Positions 50,330 to 63,645 of a DNA stretch of 64,000 nucleotides are shown in pieces. Made by a program: the position numbers and the translations under genes. The DNA lies in the NCBI RefSeq assembly GCF_030028105.1, contig NC_092375.1, forward strand, positions 135,001,035 to 135,065,034. Reading direction: 5' to 3'. This stretch comes from Mobula birostris. Lineage: Eukaryota. Under the pieces are notes generated by a model. That model ran no database searches. It was not told the origin of the DNA and saw nothing but the letters and a program-made list of their open reading frames with translations. The first letter of the stretch is position 1. Each line of letters begins with the position of its first letter.

Positions 50330-50870
50330 CAATACGCACCCATATGCTTACTGACAAAACCATCCGTCATCCACCTGGACCTGACACATATAGAAAGCAA
50401 AGGCACGTATATCAGAATGTTGTTTCTGGATTTCAGTTCGACATTCAACACTGTTGTCCCACAGACCTTGATGAACAAACTCCAAAACCTTTGGTCTAAA
50501 TACTCCGCTGTACAACTGGGTGTTGGATTTCCTAAGCAACGGACAACAGATAGTCAGGATGCACAACCATCCCTCCCTCCCCATCATCCTCAACACGGGT
50601 GTCCCTTCAGGGCTGTGTGCTGAGCCCATTGTTGTACACTCTGCTCACACATGACAGCAAGGCCAAACACCCCAGTAGTCACATTGTCAAGTTTGCCAAT
50701 TACACGACAGAGGAGGGGCCTCATCACTAACAATGATGAGACGGCCTACAGAGGGGAGGTCGAAGAGCTCAAAAGGTCTGGTACCAGGCAAATAACCTCT
50801 TCTTTAATGTCAACAAGACAAAGGAGATGTTTATTAACTTCAGGAGAGTTTGTGCACTCACATTTCCCTT
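50330..50870 (+). mobile_element. Rex1/Babar RT fragment
   Basis: MLFLDFSSTFNTV; [16 protein letters not shown]. Confidence 0.8.
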
Positions 50871-51851
50871 TGCATCAGTTAATTAAGGAGTGGGCATAGG
50901 TTTAAGGTGAGATATGAAAAGGATGTGCAAAACAACTTTTTTCACCCAGAGGGTGGCTGGAATCTGAACACTCTGCCTGAGCTGATGATCACTATCACAG
51001 CATTTCTGAAGCATCTGAATCAAGGCTCAAGCTACAGACCAAATGCTGGTTAATTGGACGCGATGTCAGCATGGACACTGATGGGCTGAAGGCTTGTGTG
51101 CTTTGTGGCCCTACTCAGATGGAGAGTGAGAGGCCAGCACGGGATAATTAGGTAAGGAGCTTTGGAGAACGGATGTGGATGTGAAGGCTCAGATGCCAAC
51201 AGTGGAATCGGAGCAAGTTGTGGAATACTGGAGCAAGAGGACGAGGGTGATCTTGGCTGGGGCTGGTGGCGCAGAACCCAGTTGTAGTGATGGGAGCGAC
51301 CATGCATCGGCTTGGAGTGGTGATAAGCGGAGTGCACATCGTCGTCTGAGCAAACTGCTGCTGCAGCGGTGCCCTATTTCCACTGTCTGATCCAGTGACT
51401 CCTGCTGCACTGGCTCACAGCAGAATTAATCAGTCAGGAGCCTGATACTGCTACACAAGATCCCGAGGGATGTGGATAGAGTAGAAAGCAGGGAACCTCG
51501 CTCCATAACAGATGCCTGGATGAGTGCAGCTTTCACAACACCCAAGAAGCTTGACACCATACAGGTGGTTCGCTGGGTACCCATCCACAGCTTTTCCCTC
51601 ATTCCACCATCGATGCACAATCGCAGTACTTTGTATCATTTTACGGTACATTGCAGGAACTCACCAACTCTCCTTACACATCACATTCCAGCCCCACCAC
51701 CTCTACTCAGCTAGAGGGCCAGGGGCAACAAAGCCACTGGGACACCACCAGCTGTAACTTGCCTTCCACGACACACGATCCCGACTTCCCTTCGACCATC
51801 GCTGGACCAAAGTCCTGGCTCTCCCTCCCCAGCAGCTTGAAGGCTGCAGCA

Positions 51852-52087
51852 CAAGCAAGAGAAAATCTGCAGATGCTGGAAATCCAAGCAACACACACAA
51901 AATGCTGGAGGAACTCAGCAGGCCAGGCAGCATCCATGGAAGAGAATACAGTCAACGTTTTGGGCCGAGACCCCTCATCAGCAGCACGACCTGTTAAAGT
52001 CCTGCCAAAGGGTCTCGGCCCGAAACGTCAAGTGCACTCTTTTCCAATAATGCTGCCTGGCCTGCTGAGTTCCTCCAGCATTGTGTG
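51852..52087. mobile_element. Palindromic Penelope-derived element with hammerhead motifs on both arms
   Basis: Inverted arms; hammerhead-like motifs at 51949-51981 (-) and 51998-52033 (+). TSD-like 14-mer tgaaggctgcagca / tgaagactgcaaca. Confidence 0.8.
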
Positions 52088-52711
52088 TGAAGACTGCAAC
52101 AGTTCAAGGCAGCAGCTCGAAACTACCTTCTCAAGTGCAGCGAGGGATGGACGCAGCCTCTGATGCCCACGTCCCTTGGATAAATATAATGGAGATGTTT
52201 GTATCCAGAGGGCATAGGGTAAAGGGTTAGAGGTTTAGAGGGGATTTGAGGGAGTACTCTTTCACCACGAGGGTGTCTGGAATGTGGAATACACCGCCTG
52301 AGAAGGCGGTAGAGGAAAAGACTCTCATTGTATTTATAAAATATCTAAACAAGCACTTGGATCTCCAAGACTCTGGGCCAAGTGGTAGTAAATGGGATAA
52401 ATCAGCACACAGACCCTGTCCTGCTGTGACCCTGAGGGCAAACAGGACCAGCTTAGATTGGCATCTTGGTGGGCATTGTTGAGTTGGGCTGAGGGGCCTG
52501 TTTCTGTGCTGTATTAGTCTATGAATATAGAATGGCAATTGATGGTCAGTATGAACATAATGGGCCAAAGGTCCTGTTACTATGGTCTATGATTCTATGC
52601 CTTCGACTCTGATTCAAACCATGTGAAATTTTTCACAAGATGAAGACATGTCTATACAACAGGAACTGACGTGAGCTTCAATAACAAACTACCAGATTGC
52701 TAATATTACCA

Positions 52712-52848
52712 AGAGCCCTGAAGAAGGGTCTTGGTCCAAAATGTCGACTATATTCATTTCCATAGATGCTGCCTGACCTGTTGAGTTCCTCCAGCATTTT
52801 GTGTGTGTTGCTTTGTATTTCCACTATCTGCAGATTTTCTCGTGTTTG
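52712..52848 (+). mobile_element. 137-bp single-arm hammerhead-bearing element with 11-bp TSD
   Basis: taatattacca at 52701-52711 and 52849-52859. The insert begins just before ctgaagaagggtcttggtccaaaatgtc. Confidence 0.8.
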
Positions 52849-52882
52849 TAATATTACCACTACTTGCTGAGTTAAACGTTCT

Positions 52883-52897
52883 CCACTAGATGGTGCC
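52883..52897 (+). promoter_or_regulatory. CTCF-consensus motif
   Basis: CCACTAGATGGTGCC versus consensus CCACYAGRKGGCRS. Confidence 0.45.
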
Positions 52898-53114
52898 AGT
52901 GTGCTAATTTTAAACTGTTAGCCAAATACAGTGGTTCCCAAATATTTTCGTATTGCCGACGCCCTTGGCTCCCAGCCCACATCGCCACTCTCCCTTTCTA
53001 ACCTGAAATAAAAACTACGAAGAATTTTGTTACAATGAACAGTTAAAAATAAGAACTGCAAATTCAAAACAGTGACAAATAATTGCAAAGATTATTCCAA
53101 TCTATTTAAAGCTC

Positions 53115-53640
53115 AAAACCCAGAGGATGGGCAAAGGGTATAGTGAGAGGGACAGAGGGAGAAAAAGGAGAGAGAGAAAAAGAATGTGTGTGTATAAATA
53201 AATAATGGATGGGGTACGAGGGGAAGGTGGGGCATTAGCAGAAGTTTGAGAAGTCAATGTTCATGCCATCAGGTTGGAGGCTACCCAGAGGGAATATAAG
53301 GAATATACCCCTTGCCCATCCTCTGGGTTTTTCCCCCCCTCCCCCTTTTCTTTCTCCCTGGGCCTCCTGTCCCATGATCCTCTCATATCCCCTTTGCCAA
53401 TCACCTGTCCAGCTCTTGGCTCCATCCCTCTGCCTCCTGTCTTCTCCTATCATTTTGGATCTCCCCCTCCCCCTCCAACTTTCAAATCTCTTATTAACTC
53501 TTCCTTCAGTTAGTTCTGACGAAGGGTTCCGACCCGAAACGTCGACTGTGCCTCTTCCTAGAGATGCTGCCTGGCCTGCTGTGTTCACCAGCAACTTTGG
53601 TGTGTGTTGCTTGAATTTCCAGCATCTGCAGATTCCTCGT
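53115..53640 (+). mobile_element. Penelope-like 3' fragment with inverted 5' part
   Basis: 53115-53300 on - encodes LIFPLGSLQPDGMNIDFSNFC*. 53304-53640 continues on +. A 28-bp junction sequence is duplicated in inverted orientation. Confidence 0.85.
53512..53547 (+). ncRNA. Minimal type I hammerhead ribozyme motif, intact core
   Basis: AGUU-CUGACGA-A-GGGU(UCCG)ACCC-GAAA-C-GUC-GACU: stem I, conserved CUGANGA and GAAA, stem II, GUC cleavage triplet. Confidence 0.8.
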
Positions 53641-53990
53641 ATCTCCCTGATGTGTCTTTATTGCAGCTCACCCAGGTGAGCACAGTATACTTGAAGATCA
53701 TCTGGTATTCATTCTTTCTCTTTCAACTCAGAGAGGCTCAGAAATTGGAAAAGGTCACAACGGACAATGTTGCACTTAAACAGGGTTAACATGGAAAGAA
53801 ACGTGGAAACAATTGATTTGACTTTGATAAGATTCACATCTTTTCCTTGCAATTGAAGATTAATTTCATTAAACATTGCAAACAATTCTGACAAATAAGC
53901 AATGTCACGACTAATGTTCTTGAGTTGATAACTGAATGAAGCATTCAAGTCTTCAAAGAATTTTATCAGTCTCAAGGAATGCATAAAAGT

Positions 53991-56066
53991 CAGAATCAGA
54001 ATTGGGTTTATTATCACTGGCATGTGATGTGAAATTTGTTAACTTAGCAGTAGCAGTTCAATGCAATACATAATGTAAAAGAAAAATAATAATAAATAAA
54101 TAACAGTATACATATATTGAATAGATTAAAACTCATCAAAAAGCAAAAATAATATATATTAAAAAAGTGAGGTAGAATTCACGAGTTCAATGTCTATTTA
54201 GGAATCGGATGGCAGAGGGGAAGAAGCTGTTCCTGAATCACTGAGTGTGTGCCTTCAGGCTTCTGTACGTCCTGCCTAATGGTAACAGTGAGAAAAGAGC
54301 ATGCCCTGGGTGCTGGAGGTCCTTAATAATGAACACTGCTTTTCTGAGACACTGCTCCCCGAAGGTGTCCTGGGTATTTTGTAGGCTAGTACCCAAGATG
54401 GAGCCAACTAAATTTACAACCCTCCGCAGCTTCTTTCAGTCCTGTGCAGTAGCCCCTCCATACCAGACAGTGATGCAGCCTGTCAGAATACTCTCCACGG
54501 TATGATAGAAGTTTTTGAGTGAATTTGTTGACATGCCAAATCTCTTCCACATCAATATGTTGGGACCAGGTTAGATCCTCAGATCTTGACACCCAGGAAC
54601 TTGAAGCTGCTCACTCTCTCCACTCTGATCCCTCCATGAGGATTGGTAGGTGCTCCTTCGTCTTACCCTTCCTGAAGTCCACAATCAGCTCTTTCGTCTT
54701 ACTGACGTTGAGTGCCAGGTTGTTGCTGCGGCACCATTCCACTAGTTGGCATATCTCACTCCTGTACGCCGACTCGTCACCACCTGAGATTCTACCAACA
54801 ATGGTTATATCATCAGAAAATTTATAGATGGTATTTGAGCTATGTCTAGCTACACAGTCATGGGTATATAGAGAGTAGAGCAGTGGGCTAAGCACACACC
54901 CCTGAGGTGTGCCAGTATTGATCGTCAGCGAGGAGGATATGTTATCACCAATCCGCACAGATTGTGGTCTTCCAGTTAGGAAGTTGAGGATCCAATTGCA
55001 GAGGGAGGTACAGAGGCCCAGGTTCTGTAAATTCTCAATCAGGATTGCGGGAATGATGGTATTAAATGCTGAGCTATAGTCGATGAACAGCATCCTGACA
55101 TAGGTGTTTGTGTTGTCCAGGTGGTCTAAGGCTGTGTGAAGAGCCATTGAAATTGCATCTACCGTTGACTTATTGTGGCATTAGGTAAATTGCAATGGGT
55201 CCAGGTCCTTGCTGAGGCAGGAGTTCAGTCTAGTCATGACCAACATCTCAAAGCATTTCATCACTATCGATGTGAGTGCTACCAAGTAATAGTCCTTAAG
55301 GCAGCTCACATTATTCTTCTTAGGCACTGGTATAATTGTTGCCTTTTAGAAGCAAGTGGGAACTTCTGCCCGCAGCAGTGAGAGGTTGAAAATGTCCTTG
55401 AATATTCTGGCACTAGATTTCAGAGTCTTACCAGATATTCCATCGGGACCTTCTGCCTTGCAAGGGTTCACTCTCTTTAAAGACATCCTAACATCGGCCT
55501 CTGAGACAGAGATCACAGGGTCATCAGGTGCAGCAGGGATCTTCACAGCTGTAGTTATATTCTCCCTTTCAAAGCGGCATAGAAGACATTGAGTTCATCT
55601 GGTAGTGAAGCTGCCATTCATGCCATTGGGTTTCACTTTGGTGGAAGTGATGTCTTGCAAACCCTGCCAGAGTTGTCGTACATACGATGTCACCTCCAAG
55701 CTCATTTGAAATTGTCTCTTCACCCTTGAAATAGCCCTCCGCAAATCATACCTGGTTTTCTGGTACAGACCTGGGTCGCCAGACCTGAATGCCACAGATC
55801 TAGCCTTCAGCAGACGACGTACCTCCTGGTTCATCCACAGCTTTTGGTTTGGAATGTACAGTAAGTCTTTGTAGGCACACACTCATCCACACAGGTTTCA
55901 ATGAAGTCAGTAACAACTGCAGCATAGTCATCCAGGTTCGAAGATGAATCCCTGAATACAGACCAGTCCACCGATTCAAAGTAGTCCTGTAGGCGTTCCT
56001 GTGCTTCCCTTGTCCATACCTTCTTGGTCCTCACTACTGGTGCAGTCTTCAGTCTCTGCCTATATT
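53991..56066 (-). mobile_element. Rex1/Babar LINE, same family as 35101-37407
   Basis: ORF 54611-55147 ([22 protein letters not shown]). Splits the hAT reading GDCLR|HFYAF. Confidence 0.95.
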
Positions 56067-57039
56067 GTCTCAAGCAGTCTCCTTTTGAGAGCCACCTGAC
56101 TTCTGTGTGCAACAGCAAGTGTCCAACCTGTTCATTATTCCCAATACAAAGCTCTTGAAATAGAGAGACATGGGACTTCATTTTATTTACCACTGTGATA
56201 GCAGTATTTAATGATTTGTGCAGCCGATCACTTAGGTTTTTAATGACAAGATGTTGTCTGTGAATTTCACAATCTTTATTCAAGAAAGTCATAACCCCCA
56301 CAGTGGCATTCTGACATTGATGGTGCCCCATCTGTTGCACAAGCTAGAATGTTGGTGAGCAGACTCTTTCTCTTTGATAAATTGCTCAACAACCCAAAAT
56401 ATTAACTCTTCCTTTGTATGTATTTCTAGTCCCCTTGCAAATAACAACTGTTCAACCATGCTTTAACCTTTTATGAAGTGAATATTACCAAGAAGCAAAG
56501 ATTCACTGCCTAGCAAAGTTGACTCATCCAACTGCAGAGCAAATTCTGTCATCCTAAGAGTGTTGTACAATGTGTTTTCCATATTCTCAGACATTTCATC
56601 TATTCATCTTTGAACAGAGTTGCTGCAGAGTGGAAGCGTTTTAATTCCTTGGTCTGGTAACTTATGCAAAAACATACTCAGAACCTTCCTTACTGTTGGC
56701 AGAATCAATTCTCCAATTGTAGGGGCTTTCCAAATTTAGCAATGAAATGTTGTGTGAAGCACACAGACCATTACTGTTTTATGGGGAAGTGCTGGAAAAT
56801 ATGCTTTGAAATGTTTTCCACTTCTTAAAGTTTTCACAAAGTGACCAAAAATAAGCACGTTCTTGTTTGCTTATTCAGAGTGTATTCTCTTCAAATCTTC
56901 AAGGAGCCTGGAGGGTTTCATTGCCTCATTTGAAAAGAATCGTTTCACACAACAGACGCAATGGCTGCTGTTGGTTACAGAGTTATGGTACAAATCCATA
57001 ATTCTGTATATTGTTTCTTGCCTTGTGAATTACTGTATT

Positions 57040-57500
57040 CTAATTGGTTGCATGATTATCTGGTATGGAAGGGCCACTGGATGGGATCAGAAAGAGCTTC
57101 AGAAGGATGTATCTCTATCATGGGCACTAGCCTCCCCACCATTGAGGACATCTTCAAAAGGCAGTGTCTCAGAAAGGTGACATCCATCATTAAGCACCCT
57201 CACCATCCAGACCATGCCCTCCTCTCATTACTATCACAAAAGAGGAGGTTCAGAAGCCCGAAGATGCACGCTGAGCATAAGAACTTCCTTCTTCTTCGCC
57301 ATCAGATTTCTGAATGGACAATGTACCCTTGAACACTACCTCCGTATTTTTGTACTAGTTTACTCTTTAATATATACATGCCCTTGTTTCTTATATTACC
57401 ATAAATTATAGTATATTTTATAAGTTGCACGTACTGCTGCTGCAAGCCAACTGATTTTACAACATATATCAGTACAAATAATCCTGATTTTGGTTCTTGT
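57040..57500 (+). mobile_element. Rex1/Babar 3' fragment
   Basis: GTSLPTIEDIFKRQCLRKVTSIIKHPHHP. Confidence 0.8.
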
Positions 57501-57789
57501 AGTTTCTCCACCCCCATTAAATTTTCCCCATTGATTTTTTTCTGATTGATGTTTTCCTCTGGAGGACTTCCTGCTCACATTATTTACAAACAAACATTGC
57601 AACGAGAAGACATTTCAAGACTGCCCCAGTATTTGGCATTCCTTGCTCTGAGGCAATGTGTAGAGATGGAAAGGTCATGGGGTTTCTGAAGTCACAAGTT
57701 CAGGGCTGGGGAGGTTCTGATAGGAAAAGAAATAAAAGGCGGCAGAGGAGGGAACTACAGCTTTTCCTGAACAGCTGCAGATTTTTCTT

Positions 57790-58160
57790 TGGATCGTAGG
57801 AGAATGAGGGGAGATTTGACTGAGGTACAGTATACAAAATTTTGAGGGGTATCATTAGGGCAAATGAAAGCAGGTTTTTACGACAAGTTTAGTGAGACTA
57901 GGTCATTGGTAAAGGGGTGAAAGGTGAAATATTTAACAGGAACCTAAAGGGGAATTCTTCACTCAGAGAGTGGTGCAAGTGTGGAACAAGCTGCCAGTGG
58001 AGGTGGTGGATGTGAGTTTTGATAGGTACATGGATGAGAGGGGTATGAGCGACTATAGTCCAGATGCAAACTGATGGGACTAATTGGAATAACAGTTCAG
58101 CACAGGCTAGATGGGCTGAAGGGCCAGTTTCTGTGATGTAGTGCCATACGACTTTATGAT
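57790..58160 (+). mobile_element. CR1 3' fragment
   Basis: RRMRGDL and FFTQRVVQVWNKLP motifs. Confidence 0.75.
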
Positions 58161-59688
58161 TTTGAACTACCAGGAAATATAAAACAGATACAACAGGGTC
58201 AGGACCCCTATCGTCTGCCTGAAGTCCATGGGAGAAGTACTGAAAGGGAAAGGAGTCAGAAGAAGAGAGTGTGACGTGCACTGGTTAACTACCTTCAGAT
58301 GGCCAGTGCTGAGAGGTTACACCTGGTCAACATGGTGGCCCAGTACCTTTGGGTCAGGCCTGTCTGGGCTTGAACCCAGGTCTCCAGTGCAGCTGTCCAC
58401 AATTGTACCACTGTAGCGAAGGGGCTGAGAGAGAGGAACCCAGGTGCCGAGATCACAGGAGGCCAAAATGAATATTCAGACAGATATCTTACTCAATATC
58501 TTGCCTTTCCAGCAGAGTTTCAAAACAAAAGCAATTATCCAATTCAGAAGGCTGAGCAGTGGTTCAATATTACAAAAAAAAGGAGTCAAAAAGGAGCAGG
58601 CAAGCAATTCCAAAACAAAAAACAATGGCCTGAATCCAATGTTCAAAAATAAAACATGCCCAACATACAGAAACAGCAAAGCAAACACAAGAACCCACTC
58701 AAAGGTAATACAGCACTTGATTACAAGACAAGTATACTATCAAATGTTGACTCAAAGACTGAGCAAAGAACAGCACGATTCACACAACTTAAATACGCAG
58801 AATAACTAGGCACATGTGTAGTCAATGATACAGGTAGCACAGCAAGGCTCGAATGTTCAGAAACCAGAAGCCCACTGAGGGCTTTTAGAGGCCAGCTGTG
58901 GAATGGACTCCAAAACCCTGACACTTTGTGGTCTCCTTCATTTGATCCAAACAGGAATAGATCTGGGCCCAGAGAGACAGAAACCAAGAAACACGTCCTT
59001 GGAAAATAAATGCTGAAACAGCTCATTCTACCTGCTTCTCACATCCACCATTTATTGGAGCCTGGTGTGTCTGTGCACCCCAGGTGCTGAGAGGCAGCTC
59101 ACTGTTGCTCACCTTCTGGTTGCCTAGGCGATCTTGGCAATTTTTCTGAAGAGGTAACCAAGAAGGCTGATGAGGGCGGGACACTGGATATCGTCTATAC
59201 AGATTTTAGCGAGGCATTTGACTAGGTCCCAAATGGAAGGCTAATCTGGAAGGTTAAATTGTACGAGATCCAAAGGGAGTCACAGTAGTTGAGTGGATCC
59301 ATAATTGGCTTGATGATAGAAAGCAGGTGGTGTTGGTGGAGGGTTGTTTTTCAGTCTAGTGGTGTTCTCCAGGGGTCAGTGCTACACCACTGTACTTGGT
59401 CATTTTCTGTATGTGAATAATTTGGATGAGAATATATAAGGCATGGTTAGGAAGTTTATGGATAGCATTAAAATAGACGGTATTGTAGACAGTGAAAAAG
59501 GCTATCAAACAATAGAGGTGGATTTTGATCAGCTGGGTAAGTGGGCCATGGACTGGCAAATGGCTTTCAATTCAGATCAGTGCAACTTTTTGCATTTTCG
59601 GAAGGTAAATCAGGGTAGGACTTTCAAAGTAAACAGTAATGCCGGGGGAAGCATTGGAGAACAGAGGGACCAAGAAATACAAGTACTC

Positions 59689-62600
59689 CTGTTTGAGTAC
59701 TGTTGGGGGTGTGGGGGGGGCGGCCTACCTGGGGGAAGCAACAGTGCCCATGCCTCTGGCACAGAGTCTGGCCCTGTGGCTCAGAAGGGTAGGGAAAGGA
59801 AGAGGATGGCAGCAGTGATGGGGACTCTATAGTTAGGGGGTCAGACAGGCGATTTTGTGGACGCAGGAAAGAAACACGGATGGTAGTTTGCCTCCCAGGT
59901 GCCAGGGTGCGGGATGTTTCTGATCGCATCCACGATATCTTGAACTGGGAAGGAAAACAGCCAGAGGTCGTGGTACATATCGGTACCAATGACATAGGTA
60001 GAAGAAAGGAAGAGGTTCTGAAAACAGACCACAGGGAGTTAGGACGGAAGTTGAGAAGCAGGACCACAAAGGTAGTAATCTCGAGATTACGGCCTGTGCC
60101 ACGTGACAGTGAGTATAGGAATAGAGTGAGATGGAGGATAAATGTGTGGCTGAGGGATTGGAGCAGGGGGCAGGGATTCAGATTTCTGGATCATTGGGAC
60201 CTCTTTTGGGACAGATGTGACCTGCACAAAAAGGATGGGTTGCACTTGAATCCCAGGAGGTCCAATATCCTGGTGGGGAGGTTTGCTAAGCCTACTGGGG
60301 AGAGTTTAAACTAGAATTGTTGGGGGGTGGGAACCAAACTGAAGTGACGGAGGAAGGGGCGGTTGGCTCACAAATAGAGAAAGCTTGTAGACAGTGTGAG
60401 AAGGAGGATAGGCAGGTGATAGAGAAGGGACGCGCTTAGGCTGACGGTTTGAGACATGTCTATTTTAATGCAAGGAGTATTATGAACAAAGCGGATGAGC
60501 TTAGAGCGTGGATCAGTACTTGGAGCTATGATGTTGTGGCCATTAGAGACTTGGGTGGCTCAGGGGCAGGAATGGTTACTTCGAGTGCCAGGCTTTAGAT
60601 GTTTCAGAAAGGACAGGGAGGGAGGCAAAAGAGGTGGGGGCGTGGCACTGTTGATCAGAGATAGTGTCATGGCTGCAGAAGAGGAGGAAATCATGGAGGG
60701 ATTGTGTACAGAGTCTCTGTGGGTGGAATGTTAGGAACAGGAAGGGGTCAATAACTCTACTGGGTGTTTATTACAGACTACCCAACAGTAACAGGGACAT
60801 AGTGGAGCAGAAAGGGAGACAGATTCTGGAAAGGTGCAATAATAACAGGGTTGTCATAGTGGGAGATTTTAATTTCCCAAATATTGATTGGCATCTCCCT
60901 AGAGCAAGGGGTTTAGCTGGAGTGGAGTTTGTTAGGTGTGTTCAGGAAGGTTTCTTGACACAATATGTAGATAAGCCTACAAGAGGAGAGGCTGTACTTG
61001 ATTTGGTATTGGGAAATGAACCTGGTCAGGTGTCACGTCGCTCAGTGGGAGAGCATTTTGGAGATAGTGATCGCAATTCTATCTCCTTTACAATAGCATT
61101 GGAGAGAGATAGGAACAGACAGTTAGGAAAACATTTAATTTGAGTAAGGAGAAATATGAGGCTATCAGGCAGGAACTTGGAAACATTAATTAGGAACAGA
61201 TATTCTTAGGGAAATGTACGGAAGAAATGTGGCAAATGTTCTTGGGATATTTGTGTGGCGTTCTGCATAGGTACGTTCCAATGAGATGGGGAAAGGATGT
61301 TAGGGTACAGGAACTGTGGTGGATAAAGGCTGCTGTAAATCTAATCAAGAAGAAAAGAAGAGCTTATGAAAGGTTCAAAAAACTAGGTAATGATAGAGAT
61401 CTAGAAGATTATAAGGCTATCAGGAAGAAACTTAAGAATGAAATTAGGAGAGCCAGAAGGGGCCATGAGAAGGCCTTGGCGGACAGAATTAAGGAAAATC
61501 CCAAGTCATTCTACAAGTATGTGAAGAGCAAGAGGATAGGACGTGAGAGAATAGGACTAATCAAGTATGACAGTGGAAAAGTGTGTATGGAACCGGAGGA
61601 GATAGCAGAGGTACTTAATGAATACTTTGCTTCAGTATTCACTACGGAAAAGGATCTTGACAATTGCAGGGATGACTTACAATGGACTGAAAAGCTTGAG
61701 CATGTAGATATTAAGAAAGAGGATGTGCTGGAGGTTTTGGAAAGCATCAAGTTGGATAAATCACCGAGACTGGACGAAATGTACCCCAGACTACTGTGGA
61801 AGGCAAGGGAGGAGATTGCTGAGCCTCTGGCGATGATCTTTGCATCATCAATGGGGATGGGAGAGGTTCCAGAGGATTGGAGGGTTGCAGATGTTGTTCC
61901 TTTATTCAAGAAAGGGAGTAGAGATAGCCCAGGAAATTATAGACCAGTGAGTCTTACCCCAGTGGTTGGTAAGTTGATGGAGAAGATCCTGAGAGGCATG
62001 ATTTACGAACATTTGGAGAGGTATAGTATGATTAGGAATAGTCAGCATGGCTTTGTCAAAGGCAGGTTGTGCCTTACGAGCCTGATGAATTTTTTGAGGA
62101 TGTGACTAAACACATTGATGAAGGTAGACCAGTAGATGTAGTATATATGGATTTCAGCAAGGCATTTGATAAGGTACCCCATGCAAGGTTTATCAAGAAA
62201 GTAAGGAGGCATGGGATACAAAAGGACATTGCTTTGTGTATCCAGAACTGGCTTGCCGCAGAAGAGTGGTTGTAGATGGGTCATATTCTGCATAGAGGTC
62301 GGTGACCAGTGGTGTGCCTCAGGGATCTGTTCTGGGACCCTTACTCTTCTTGATTTTTATAAATGACCTGGATGAGGAAGTGGAGGGAGGGATTAGTAAA
62401 TTTGCTGTTGACACAAAGATTGGGGGTGTTGTGGACAGCGTGGAGGGCTGTCAGAGGTTACAGCGGGACATCGATAGGATGCAAAACTGGGCTAAGAAGT
62501 GGCAGATGGAGTTCAACCCAGATAAGTATGATGTGGTTCATTTTGGTAGGTCAAATATGATGGCAGAATATAGTATTAATGGTAAGACTTTTGGCAGTGT

Positions 62601-63314
62601 GGAGGATCAGAGGGATCTTGGGGTCTGAGTCCATAGGATACTCAAAGCTGCTATGCAAGTTGACTCTGTGGTTAAGAAGGCATACGGTGCACTGGTCTTC
62701 ATCAATCATGGGATTGAGTTTAGCAGCGAGAGGTAATGTTGCAGCTATATAGGACCCTGGTCAGACCCCACCTGGAGTACTGTGCTCAGTTCTGGTCACC
62801 TCACTACAGGAAGGATGTGGAAACCATATAAAGAGTGCAGAGAAGATTTACAAGGTTGTTGCCTGGATTGGGGAGCATGCCTTATGAGAATAGGTTGAGT
62901 GAACTCGGCCTTTTCTCCTTGGAGTGACGGAGGATAAGGGGTGACCTGTTAGAGGTGTACAAGATGATGAGAGGCATTGATCATGTGGATAGTCAGAGGC
63001 TTTTTCCCAGGGCTGAAATGGCTAACACGAGAGGGCACAGTTTTAAGGTGCTTGGAAGTAGGTACAGAGAAGATGCCAGGGGAAAGTTTTTTTTTAAATA
63101 TACGCAGAGGGTGGTGAGTGCGTGGAATGGGCTGCTAGTGACGGTGGTGGAGGCAGATACAATAGGGTCTTTTAAGAGACTCCTAGATAAGTACATGGAG
63201 CTTAGAAAGATAGAGGGCTATGGGTAACCCTAGGTAATTTCTAAGGTAGGGGCATGTTCAGCACATCTTTGTGGGCCAAAGAGCCTGTATTATGCTGTAG
63301 ATTTTCTATGTTTC
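59689..63314 (+). mobile_element. Long CR1 LINE: ORF1 esterase, ORF2 APE-RT (frameshifted) and 3' tail
   Basis: VVHIGTNDI and DGLHLN (SGNH); GDFNFP, SDRN; NYRPVSL; DFSKAFDKV; VPQGSVLGP; ttctatg tail; TACTC on both flanks. Confidence 0.95.
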
Positions 63315-63403
63315 TACTCAGCTTGCTGAAAGTGGTGTCCCAGAGACACAGGGTGGGGAAGAAGGTATTTGGCCTTTATCAACCAGAGCACTAAGTATAG
63401 GAG

Positions 63404-63645
63404 ACACAAGAAATTCTGCAAATGCTGGAGATCTTGAGAAACCCACACAAAATGCTGGAGGAACTCAGCAGGTCAGGCAGCACCTATGGAGGGAAATGAA
63501 CAGTCTACGTTTCAGGCTGAGACCCTTCATCAGCTCTCTTCCATTCCAGACTGGATGAAGGGTCTCGGCCCAAAATACCAACTGTTCATTTCTCTCCATA
63601 GGTACTACCTGGCCTGCTAAGTTCTTCCAGCAGTCACTGTGTGTT
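63404..63645. mobile_element. Palindromic Penelope-derived element with 16-bp TSD and hammerhead motif
   Basis: TSD gcactaagtataggag / gcactaagcataggag. Minus-strand CUGAUGA-AGGGUCUCAGCCU-GAAA-CGUA at 63501-63533. Confidence 0.85.

Larger units (their letters stand above)
52929..57000 (-). mobile_element. hAT (Buster/Charlie, SCAND3-like) DNA transposon, decayed and interrupted
   Basis: TIR cagtggttcccaa at 52929. Motifs NEAMKPSRL, EFALQLDEST, LLLHTEVRWLSKG, IAYLSELF..NEINLQLQG. Confidence 0.88.

Noticed and set aside
58412-58923. Possible third solo LTR (TGTAGC...CTGACA)
   Set aside because: LTR-like composition, but no matching TSD found.
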